From the NCBI GenBank assembly GCA_045837725.1, contig JBEWZL010000013.1, positions 558,001 through 622,000 of the forward strand: a stretch of 64,000 nt of DNA. The letters run 5' to 3'. Under the pieces are notes generated by a model. It was not told where the DNA came from, did not search any database, and saw only the letters and a program-made list of their open reading frames with translations. A program made the translations under genes and the position numbers. Shown here one piece after another: positions 13,379-25,259 of the stretch; within the stretch, counting starts at the first letter, position 1, and each line of letters begins with the position of its first letter. This DNA comes from Vermamoeba vermiformis. Lineage: Eukaryota.

Positions 13379-15902
13379 ATGCAAGGCTCATTAAATCTTT
13401 TAATACTGTTAATTGCCTTGTTGGCTTCGGTTGTGACTGCCGACATCTCACAAACGACGATCACATCCGGTTACAATACATACGGCAATGGTTTAGTAGG
13501 ATCCGGTTATATTCAAATCACTCCTTCGCAATCACAAACTGCCGGTATTGTATTATATTCGACTCAGCAAACGGTTGGCTACGGATTTACCACGGAATTC
13601 ACTTACACAAGCACTGGTTGCTCTGGAGGTGGTGGGGACGGGTATGTTTACTTTCATAGTATTATATTACAAGTCATAGTAAAATAATACTGATTTGTTT
13701 TTTTTTATCAGTTTCAATTTCATCGTTTCTCCATCTACCTCTTTTTCGACCCTACAAAAAGGTGGAAGTATGGCCGTAGAAGGTCAAACAAACATTGCCG
13801 TTGTAGCTTATGATGGATATAAGAGCCAGCTGAGAATTTGCTCAGTGTAAGCGTTTCAAACGACATCTGTCATGATAATCTCCCGTTGGCGTGATTGAAA
13901 TTAATAATCATTTCCGCTTATGACTAATTTATCATGACTACAGGCCATCGGGTACATCATTATCATATAGTAGCAATTGTGTTTCGTCAAGTTTGGCCGC
14001 GATCAGATGCACCGGATCTTCGCATACCTTTAAAATTATCTACACGCCCAACTCCGCTTGGCAGGTAATATAATTAATACTCGATAACAATATGACTAAT
14101 AAATACTAGTTATGGGTTGACGGCACTTCTCAATCCCTTACTGGCCCGCAAGGTTTAACTGGCACGTTGACTTTGAACGCCAACTCTCAAGCTTATGTTG
14201 GCTTTGCTGGAGCTACTGGCGATGCATATATGGATCAACGAATCATTAGCTGGACGTTCACTTCAACGCCAAGTAAGTTTTTTTGTGGTTTCATGCCGGA
14301 TCCCTTCAGTTCATTTTCTGGTATTGCGACGTAAATTAGCAATTTTTATTAAGAATTGTAATCTCGCGTGGGAATAGTACTAATTTTTCCTAACTTTACC
14401 TTATTTGATTCAGCCTGTGCACTGAACAACGGCGGATGTGACACGAATGCAAACTGCTCAATCGTGGCCGGTTCAATCTCTTGCACGTGCAATAACGGCT
14501 ATACTGGCGATGGCTATACATGCTGTAAGTGCTCGAATATCTGGGATGACATGCAAGAATGACACCTGTCACTTGTAATTACCCGAGAGTCAATCCTGTC
14601 TACATGCTAACGCTCGTTCAGCCATTCCTCCCGTAGATCCGCCCGTCACTCCAATTACCACAGTTACCTTTTTTGCACCGCCAGTCGACCCTCCCGTATA
14701 CGTTGCACCACCTGTGGATCCGCCATCTACTTGCCCCTTTGTCTATGTGGCACCACCTGTGGATCCGCCCGTCTATGTTGCACCTCCTGTCGACGTGCCA
14801 GTCTCTATCCCGCCAGTAGATCCACCAGTCGTACCACCTGTTGCCGTGCCTGTCTCAGTACCAGTCTCAGTCCCTGTCGCCGTGCCAATCTCGGTGCCTG
14901 TTTCAGTGCCACCAATTAGTACTCCGATCGCTGTCAATCCCCCAATCGCAGTGCCGCCAGTCATGTCACCGGTCACTACTCCACCCGTACCTGTTCTAAC
15001 TCCCGTCAATGCACCTATGTCATTCGAAGTGCCAGTAGCGATGCCAGTGGTCATTCCAATCCTCGAGTGTTTCGATGACTTGCAGAACGGCAGTTTCATC
15101 GCGTACTTTGGATACAACAACACCATGGGCGAACAAGTCTCTGTGCCAGTTGGTTCAATGAACACATTTGGCAGTCCTTCGTTCCTGGGCCAGCCAACCA
15201 CATTCCAAGCTGGTCGTTCGAGTAAGTCCGGATCTGATTTTGTATTTGACAAGTTGTTCTAATTAGTATACATTAGATTTCTATCCTGATGTGGCATTTG
15301 CGTACCTTTGGAACGGCAGAACGTTGATTTGGACTTTGACTTCGTACAGATTGACACTTGACACCTCTGACACGAGCAGAAAGTGTCCTTCGTTTGCTCG
15401 CTTCTCATTGACATTTTACACGGAACGAGAGCTGACTGATCAAGAAGTCAACACTCTCGTGGAGAATCTTGCAAATAATCTTGGAATTTCAGTGGACAGA
15501 ATCATTGTGAAGAGCATCAAGTACACGCCTGTCACGCCTTCGAAAAAACGAGACTTGTCAGTGGCAGAGCTCGAGATGGAGATTGCTGCAGCAAACAGCA
15601 CACAACAGAACGAACCAACTCCGTCACAAGCAGTGCAAACATTAGTCGAAACATCGAAGAACACCACTGAACTGAATCAAGTGCTTGATCCAAACGGTAC
15701 TTCGGATCTGCAGTTCTTGGGCTTGAAAACTGAGCCAACAGGTGTTGAGCAGTCAGGCAATGCTGTGCCTCAAGCAGCTAAAGGAGATTCGCCCAGGTCA
15801 TTGTTGGGCAGTACTGCCAGCGTTCGCGTCGCTGCCTTGGATGTGACGCTGTTGTGGTGTTGCCTCGTAATTTTGTCTTTGCTTCATATTACCGTTAGGT
15901 AA
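13379..15902 (+). CDS. Tandem paralogue lectin-EGF-Pro-rich anchored surface protein
   Basis: Same architecture: [43 protein letters not shown] repeats, PILECF domain almost identical in DNA to the first copy, hydrophobic C-terminus. Confidence 0.85.
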
Positions 15903-16429
15903 ACTGATGCGCATGTAAAATAAAATTTAGTCTTCTCAAGAACGAACAGCTTAGCATTTCTAAAAACGGACTGGATGCCGCTAGCTTAATGTGTGATGCA
16001 ATCCTAAAGCAGTGCACGCAATGTTTTACCCGATCTATTCAACCAAAATCCCTTATCCCAACCCACATGAAACCCCGTTTTATTATTTTATAGTTTTGGA
16101 AGGAATCCACACGAAGTGGATCCGCAAAAATTTGACAACCTTCGTTGTCAGACCAGACGCACGGTTGAAAATAGTAAAAGGCGATTTTCAAATTCGCTCT
16201 GCGTTTGGCCTCGAAGTGGATGAAAGGAACAGAGCGCTGAAATTGTTTTTTTATGGCAACTGAGAGCGATTTTGTTTGTGGGACCTGCCATTGCCACGTC
16301 TGACTTTTTCCCCGCCAAATATTAATTTAAATTCCTAATGTACAGATGTACAAAATACGCCCTTATGCGCAGCAGTATATGAAGTCTGGATCTTGCCTCG
16401 TTTATTAACAAAAAAAATTGCTCAGCAAA

Positions 16430-19262
16430 CTATTTTCTTCTGTTTCTTTTCTTTCGCATTTCTTTTTCGCTGAGATTGCCTTGCTTTTCTCTGTAATTTA
16501 AATAAGAAAATTAGCACCGTAGTTCATTTTTCAAACTTTCAAACCCAGATCGAGATCCGATCGAGTCAGGTACTACTTACATCCGTTGCTGTTTGGTTTT
16601 ATCATGCTTCTTCAGCTTCTTCTGACGTTCATCGCTTCTGCCACTCCTAATCTCGTCTATATCGAGCATATGATCCTCCATGGCAAGCACTGCTGGCGCC
16701 GGATCGATAGCCAGATGATCCAACGAGCTCGCAAGATTTTTCTCGCGGCAGAGCTTACAAAGACACTCGTTAATTTCTCTGGCGTCCTGGCCATTAAAGT
16801 AGATATATTCAGGACCCTTGAGCTTGTGTCTGAGACTAATTACGTGGTGATAATAAATTCCGTTGGATCCTCTAATATCAATCACGTCCACCTTGTTGAA
16901 TCTTCTAATAATGTCCATAAAGTGAGGGTTATCAAATCCATACGTAAAAGTAACCATCTTTAGCGTTGGAAGTTCGCAGATCTCGTCCAAAAATAAAAAT
17001 TCGAACGCACCAACGGATCCGTTCAAGCTGAAGTATTCCAAATTAGGCATATTGGCTAATCCTACTGTCTTGTCATCAACTGCTGGGAATACACTTTGAA
17101 CGCTGAATTCCAAATGCCTCAAATTCTTCAACTTGACGATCTCCAAAAAGATGCTGTTGGCTGCTGTTTGAGTTTCTATTTTTAGCTTTACCAAATTAGT
17201 AAAGTCGCTCAATTTGGAAAATCTTCCCATAGTTCCGATATTCAAATTGAGTTCAGTGAGTGTGGCCATATTGAGTTGATCCAAAGTGTCGGGCAGATGT
17301 GGCACATCCGTTATTGTCAGGGACTGGAGATTAGGCCATACTTTGAAATTGAAATTATTATCAATTAGGCTTAGCGTTACTGCCTTCATCTGCGTCAGAT
17401 CTGATAGCCACGTGTACGATCCAGAGTTCGGGATGGACCTGTGTGCTGTTTCATAGTCTCTAAACCGTAAAGTTGCAAATGACGTCAATTTTGGCAAATT
17501 TTTCGCGTCAAAAAGCGTCAAATCATCGCTGATAACACCGCCCAAGTGTTCCAAACGCGTCAAGCTGGATAAATGCTGGGGTGATATTTCACTAGGCAAT
17601 CTATAATATAGATAATATTAATGTTAGTCTTAATAATCGATGGTTAAATTAGGTTTGAAAGAGGTCCTATTATAACGAAAGAAAAAACGGATTTGGATCC
17701 AAATTTTTTTTTTGCCTGCGACTGATTTACAAATGACGTATTCATTAAAGATCAAATAATATATTATCAATGCATATGATGGACTTACTCTAGGCGCTTC
17801 AGATTGGTCAGATGCGTTACATCGAGAAAACTAAACGGCAAGACAGAAATATTCTCTTGAAATGAGAGTGATTCCAATCCTGCAAATGAGTCTTGGTGCA
17901 GCCAAGTTTTAGGCAGGGAGGACCTCATGAAAACCTCCCATTCGACTTTAATAGTCTTCAACGATGCTACAAAAAAATAAATTAATTAAAATCTGTCTTA
18001 ACCGCCATAATTTAGCGGATAATGCATTATTACAAATAAGTTAATATTTTTCTAAGAAATTATTAGATGAATTATTCTTTAAATCTTACGAGGATATTCA
18101 TGGCCAATGAGTCTATTCAAAACACAAATGTCCGCAACGAGTGTTTGAAGCTTCGGGAAGCATTTCAAGTTATTAGGCGTGGTATTATAGACGAATAAGG
18201 TGTTCAAATTGCTGAATTTGTCGAATAACGGAGACCATTTGTTGCGAACTTCTAAGTAGCTACATCCAAAAAAAATTTAGTTTTTGACGTATAAAATAAG
18301 CACTCTAAGTATTAATATATTACCTAGTATGTTTTATGATCGCTCTTTTCCATTTCTTATTAACTTTCATTGGCGTAGTGTTGAAATGCCTCGATCCAGT
18401 GAACGAGCACATTAACGCAATAATTTCCTGTTCAAAAATTAAGATCAGCACTTAAAAAAGCATTAAATATATAATAGCAACGCTATACTGTAATTATAAG
18501 GAATGATAAGCTTGTGCGAGAAAATTTTTCTACCTCGGGCATGGAGGCCAAAGGACCCTCAACACAATCGATACCAAAGTGCCCAAGTTTGTCGCAATGA
18601 TAGCACTTCTTGACGGCGGGGAGCGCTTTGTTTGGCGCGAATTGGACGGTCATTCGTTTGCCTTGGTATCGCGTGCCATTGATGGACATTAGCGTCTTCG
18701 TAGCGACGTGTTTTTGCTCGTAAAAGACATAAACATAGCCTACATGATAATCGATTGGAAATTATGTAATAAATGACTATATTATAACGTGGTGACGTAC
18801 CTGATTTTTCGCAGTCGATGTGCGTGACGGCTCCAAAATTGGATGCTATCGGCAAAAATTGAGTCTTTTCAACGAATAAGGGAAGACCACCTACAATACA
18901 ATAATTAGATAAACTTAACCACATCGGCAATTACTTACTAAATTCTAAGCAATAGTAGCTCTGTTCCTCGTCATCACTCGAATCGTCATCAGATTCGTTA
19001 TTATTTCGAGTTTTCTGAATATTTTGGATTAAATACTGTATATTTAGATAGTAAATATTTATGGGTACCTTATTTTGAGTATCTTCGAGAATATCAAAAA
19101 TATTGTGGCTCTGAAAACCGCCGCCTCCTAGTGAAATATTACAATAAGACCAATAATAATAAATTTTAATTAATAAAAAGCCATAATAATGGTTGTGCTT
19201 ATTTATACAAGTGCTGCATAATAAATTTCAGACTAATCGCGAGATTACCTACCTTTTCTCAT
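16430..19262 (-). CDS. RRM, CCHC zinc knuckle, F-box, LRR protein with basic tail (multi-exon)
   Basis: Spliced translation: CLEFSGLP (RNP2-like), SGYVYVFY (RNP1-like), MSINGTRYQGKRMTVQFA; CYHCDKLGHFGIDC; LASMPEEIIALMCSF...VNKKWKRAI; LxxLxxLxL repeats; last exon EKEMRKKRNRRK*. Confidence 0.75.
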
Positions 19263-19483
19263 TTTGTCCGATCAAGAAATTTATTCGACAAAGCTGATCG
19301 TAGTCAGTACTGAATATTATATGATATTGTGGTCCACAATTGATGCATTAATGTTTTTTTTGCTCTAGTCGTTGCGCGGCATAAAAATTTTCACGTGTGC
19401 TCTTTTTTTCAATTTTCGTTCCGTTGGAAGACAAGCTCAACAAATAATTTAAATATTATTGTTGTATATTAGAGTCTGTATAT

Positions 19484-22058
19484 ATGATATCTATAAGATC
19501 ATTAGCGGTTGTCCTTTTTTTGACCGCTTTTTTGGTGGATGCCAATCAGACCCCTGCTTTAGAAGCTGGATTATGGTAGGAATCGATTCAATTAAATAAT
19601 TAATATATTTTAAGTAATTTATTTCGCATTTTAATCGAGCTAAATCTTAATTAACGGAATAAGAAGCATTTACTTTTGATTTTCTTGTTTATTGAAAAGA
19701 TATTATTTTATAGGCCGCTCCCCAAGTCCTTCTCTTTTGGCTCTGATACTGTATACTTGAACCCTGATAAATTTGAAATTCGCATGTCATTCCACAGCGA
19801 TTTAGTAACGGATGTGATCGGTCGATTTCATAACAGATTATTTTCTGGTGCAGCTGTAAGTATATATGATTATAGTTTATACATTTATTAATATGATATT
19901 TAGGTACCTTCTATTCAAATTCAATACCCTCCACCTCCCGTTTGGAACAATCAGAACGGAACCGGATCTGTAAACGCAGAAACTTCACCTTTCTTAGGAG
20001 GAATTCAAATGAAATGGGATTCGGATAGCGAAGATCTTAAATTAGGCGTCGATGAGAGCTATACATTGACAGTACCAAACGGTAAATACTAGCTCCAATT
20101 TTTTTTTTGTGGATTGAGATCTCGTTTGGTAGATCTGAGACACTAACGCTAATTTAATTACAGAAAATGGAGCATTCATCCAGCTCAATGCTAATAATAT
20201 TTTTGGTATTATGCGTGGTTTGGAAACAGTTTTGCAATTAGCTTTTGTCGAAGGTTTTGAAGAAGGCCACACAAATTTGGACGGCATTGCTCCATCTGCA
20301 AATTTCCTATCGATAAAAAATACACCAATCAGCATCGAGGACGCACCGAGATTTCCTTGGCGAGGAATGTTGATCGATACCGCTCGTCATTATTTCTCGA
20401 TTGAAAAATTGAAGCAGATCATAGATGCGTTGTCGTGGAACAAAATGAACGTTTTTCATTGGCACATTGTTGACGCGGAGGTACGTCCCGATAAGTTCTT
20501 ATTACCATATAAGGCAATGTCAGCTAAATTTAGCATCGTAGACTTTTCCTCTCGAATTAAAGTCCCGGCCTGAACTCGTTGAAAACAGTCGCTGGACCAT
20601 GGCCTCGACGTACTCGCAGCGTCAAATCAAAGAACTGACGCAGTACGCGTTGTACCGTGGTGTGCGCATCGTGGCTGAAATTGACACGCCGGGTCATACT
20701 TATTCTTGGGGCCGAGCCTTCCCGAACATTATTGCTAATTGCAGCAAATATATTTCATCGCGATCGATTACTTACCCGCAAATTAACTCCGTAAGTAACC
20801 AATGGAATTTTAAATTTTTTTTATGTTGCTGATCCGTTGGATCGAGCAGATCCCGCTCGACTTGACAAAGGACGAGACTTACGCAGTCCTTAAAGACGTA
20901 TTGCAAGAGACAGCTGCTCTGTTCAAGGACGATTTTATTCATTTAGGGTAAGCGTATAATACTATAGTTATGAGTTTTATTAACGTAAACTGCGCAGTGG
21001 TGACGAGCTGATCACAAAATGTTACGATGAGTTCCCCGAAATTAGACAGTGGATGCGTGATCATCACATGAATGACACTACTTACGTCGAATTGATTCGT
21101 TATTACCAAGAAAAAGTCATCCAGTACGTGCAAGAAAAGAACAAAAAGTTCGTTGTGTGGCAAGAAGCTTGGGAACATTTTGAAGGACTGCCGACGAATC
21201 CGTTCCCCGCAAACGGCGGTACGTAGTCAGACTGCCGGCTATAATAACAATATCGTATTAATATTATATGTAGGTACTATGGTGCAAGTATGGAAGGGCG
21301 AGAACGGACCGGTCGTGCAAAATCAATTGGAACAAATTTTGACCTCTGGTTACGCAGCTTTATTATCTTCGGGTTATTATTTGGACGTTCAGATCCCTAA
21401 TGTTAACCAAACGTGGTATCTTGCTCTTGGTACGGTCTGATCAAATTTTTAATCGAGGTTCTAATCTTATCCTGCAGATGTGTGGAAGAATTTCTATCTT
21501 AACGAGCCTCTGAGCGACGATTTGATGAATAAGTTGTCACCTGATCAACTATCGCAATTTAAGGGTGCTGAAGTATGGTGAGTATTATCCGGCTCTCATG
21601 ACGAAAATTATTGAAATTAATCGCATCCGCAGCCAATGGGGCGAACAAGTTGAAGAATGGAGTATTGATAAGATGTGGGCACCTGCGTTAGCAGCTTTTG
21701 AGCGATACTGGTAAGCCATATTATACTTTACTAGTGGGTAATATGGCTCACGTGGCATTTTTTTAGGTCTCCAAGATCCGTCAACGATCCGAACCAGGCG
21801 TACCCAAGATTGATCCGACAACGGTGCAGAATGTTACAACGAGGTTTAAATATTCAACCGCTTCGTCCAGATCACTGCTCAGTCTTTAGAAACCCGAAAA
21901 CGGAAGATACAATTAAGGGCTCATTCCCGACTTGGCTGATCGTGCTTGAAGTCATAATTTTTGCTGTAGTTTTGGCTGGTATGATTGCTGTGATCGTTAT
22001 TTATTATAAGAAGATTAGAGAAGTCAACGACACTCATTTTTCAGCTGTAATTGATTAA
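19484..22058 (+). CDS. Beta-N-acetylhexosaminidase (GH20) with C-terminal transmembrane helix
   Basis: Signal peptide then LWPLPK; GVDESYTL; IEDAPRFPWRGMLIDTARHY; NVFHWHIVD; EIDTPGH; spliced HLGGDE catalytic motif; TM WLIVLEVIIFAVVLAGMIAVIVIYY. Confidence 0.92.
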
Positions 22059-22269
22059 GGCCTAATAAAATGTTATATTTACCAATACAAGCTGTATCGT
22101 GTCTCGTAGTATAATAAAATTAATAAATCTTTTATGGAGGTGGAACGGAAATAGCTCCGCGGTGCCAAGTTTAAATTTTACGATTTATTTCATTATCAAC
22201 AACTCAAACAGTAATTAAATTGCAAGAACCTGATTCATTACATAATCACGATATATCGCTAGCAAGGCA

Positions 22270-22760
22270 ATGCTGTAAGTTTAACTCTTCATATCAAGCT
22301 ACGTTTATCAATTAAATTGTGTTGAATCTAAATTAAACAATATGTATAATTTTTGTCTAATAATTGTTGTATTTTTAGGCAATTTATTTCAGAGTTCCTC
22401 AAGCTTTATTGGATCGGTTTTTATTTATTTTTCGCGGCTGCAATAACAATCCTACTCGGCGTAGTGCTGTTTACTACATTCAAATCGATTATCCATAATT
22501 ATATTGAAGACGCTAAGGCTAGAAAAACGAAAGAACAGCTCATCCAAGACAAAAAAGAACTGCAGACAAAATCAAAATACCTCACAGTCATTCTAACAAT
22601 CATAATATCATCGTACATATTTGGATTTTCATTAATATCACTTGAATTTGTTACTCTCATTCCACCACTCATAACAATATTCGTGGGAGGAAAAGCGATC
22701 GGATTTGCTTGGAACGTGACCAAAGAGCGCATCAGCAGAGTTCAAAAAGCGTTCAAATAG
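22270..22760 (+). CDS. Small multi-pass membrane protein, unknown function
   Basis: ATG CT|gtaagt...ag|G CAA TTT splice; about three hydrophobic segments. Confidence 0.55.
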
Positions 22761-22799
22761 CATTATATAGATGTTGATAGATATTTGACCAGATTATTA

Positions 22800-24216
22800 T
22801 GGAAGAATGGCACAGGTTCATCACAAGCTCTAACTCCAGGCTTGGTCCAATCACAAAAATCTCGTCATCGGAGTTAATTCTTCGCTCTTATGATATGAAA
22901 ATCATAGCGATACAAGTAGTCATAGAATGATAAATGTCTCGCATAAGTTTGAGCACGGATCATTGAAAATCTCTTTGGTTGTCTTATCCACTAAGTACGA
23001 GAATATTCTATCTGCGGCCACATCTTGCTGGGAACATGCACGAGAATGATATCTTCCATAGATTTGCGTTTGGCCAGTCTCTGGTGTATCGTTGACAAAC
23101 ACATTAAATTAACTCTAGATCTTTGATATTCTACAGAAGTGGTACAGTTTATTGAAGCCGATCTTTCACAGACAGAAGTTATCACTAGATACGATAACTA
23201 GAATGAACGGTCCACAACACTGTCGCCTTGTGCTAACTTTGTTTGGAGGAGATTGGCAGTGGACATGCGTCAATCGGAGGAGTACTGGTAAAGGTGCGTT
23301 AGGTATCTGAGGCACTGGACAATGTACTGAACTTGTGGAAGTTGACGTCATTCCAAAGTTGAGTAAACGAAAATTTGAATGAAATTTCCTCGTTATACTT
23401 CCCGCTCCAATCACATTTGTTGAAAGTCTTGAGCGACAACGAGTGTCAAATGAATACAGATCATCCAGGGAATTTCAGTAATTTCAAGATGTCTGTGAGG
23501 CACGTGCGTTGGGTGAGGCGGGGGGTGAGGCAAAGCCCATTCCAAAATATCCTTCTTCGGCGGTCGATATAAATCCATCGTGAGCTCCCACGTTTCTGTC
23601 GTTACATTCCGCGAAAAGATGCCAATTCTTCCTGTTCTTTGGCCGTAATTATTGCTGTTTTCTAACGGCGCTGCAACAATCAATGTGTTTGCGTCGATGA
23701 AGGCCATATCAACTCCCAATGCAGTATTTGGTACATAGCCTATTGACAACGGAGTCACCACTTGTTGCAAGGTCCATTCGCCAGTTTCTGCATTTTTCTT
23801 GAAGATTGAGAATTCGCCGATTGCGTGCGTTGCGTCTTCAGGCTTGGCGTAGTTTGCCAGGGAGTATATCGGCGGCCGATTCACCACAAAGCTTGAAAGA
23901 GCTCTTTCTACCGGATGCCACGGCGCTGGCGGTTAAGTGGCCAATTGAGGGAACCAAAGCTCCAAATATTTTCCGTTAGTTATTGGCGTTGCTCCTGTAA
24001 TATTGAAATTTTGTGTAAGTAAATATGGCATGATTCTCCGATTGAAACGGTGTCTTGTAAATGTCTTCAGGAGCGCTGCGCGTAATATTGGGGATTGTTG
24101 AACGGGGGTAAAGTAAAAAGGTGAGCTGTAGTTCAATCGTTGACCAAACGACTTACCTCATGCGAATTAGACGTAGCCAATACTATACTAAGAATCGTAA
24201 AGAGTATTAGATTCAT
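22800..24216 (-). pseudogene. Degraded secreted FG-GAP/beta-propeller-like gene
   Basis: Signal peptide MNLILFTILSIVLA; repeat-like ALGVDMAFIDANTLIVAAPLEN...GRIGIF and, after a frame change, EEGYFGMGFA; several stops and frameshifts. 3' limit uncertain. Confidence 0.4.
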
Positions 24217-24466
24217 TGTTGATGTTTTCGATTAAATGGCCATTGATTGAAACGAATTGACATGCTATTGAATAATTTATAAGTCACCTCTGACGCTTGG
24301 ATGACCTTTTGCATTCTATCTCTATTTTTGTGTATATATGATAGATAGAGCTAGTTCATCGTCCTGTCTTGTCACAAAAAAATTAAGTTAGCGATACATT
24401 CGCGAAACGTTTCTTTTTTAATTCTACTACTAAGAGTCAACATATATATAATATATATACTACAAT

Positions 24467-25230
24467 ATGTCAGGTACGCCAATATTATATTTGAATGCTT
24501 GTAATAAGATGTAATTATTCTACGCAGATCATCAAGTTTCGCTTGGATCACTATGGACAAGTGTCTTGATCGCAGCCATTCACGGTTCTCTCTGTTTTTT
24601 GCTCGTAGGACACTATTTATTCGTTTATTTACCGAAACAGAGGCCTACACCCGTGCGTAGTAAGTAGATCTAATTTTCTAAAATAGCCAAAAAATATTCA
24701 TTGACCTCTTTTAATTTCGATTCACGTGTAAATCCATCAATATAAATGGTAATACCATGTATTAATATTGGCATAATTTTAATATTATTCTGCACAGAGT
24801 TCATTCGAGATCCTGAAATGGAAGCATTAGAAGAGGAACTTGAAGGGTTATCGAGTCAAGAACGACTTCAAAAAGAAATTCAAAAGCAAAAGAGATTAGC
24901 CATGATAAAATTTGGACAAAGATTATTCATTGGGTTTTTAGGTAGTAGCGTCGATCTGGATCGCATCCGAAATTTTGCTAAGCATTGCTTTTTTTAGGCG
25001 GCTTAATATCCTTCTTAGTCACATTCTTACGTATAGCCGTATTGATGGCTTCGGGGATGAATGCATTTGTCTGGTCTTCTTTTTTCGTCGCTGGAACAAT
25101 GGCACTAATCGTCAAATTTGCGGGTAAGTTGTAAAACCACAATAAGTATTATTAATATACCATATATCGATATTATATAATTGTTTTACTAATATATTAC
25201 ACAGCTACATTTTTAGAACAACAAAACTAG
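24467..25230 (+). CDS. Small membrane protein, unknown function (5 exons)
   Basis: Phase-consistent GT-AG splicing from MSDHQVSLG to ATFLEQQN*; about three hydrophobic helices around a charged helix. Confidence 0.65.
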
Positions 25231-25259
25231 AAGAAAAAAATTCAGAGTAGATCCGGTCA

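Noticed and set aside
14625-15030. Short direct repeats (ccacctgtggatccgcc etc.) as a possible CRISPR or satellite
   Set aside because: They encode the [13 protein letters not shown] stalk; no repeat-spacer structure, and the locus is eukaryotic.
18570-18611. CCHC knuckle as a retrotransposon Gag remnant
   Set aside because: It is embedded in a spliced RRM/F-box gene with no protease, RT or integrase nearby.
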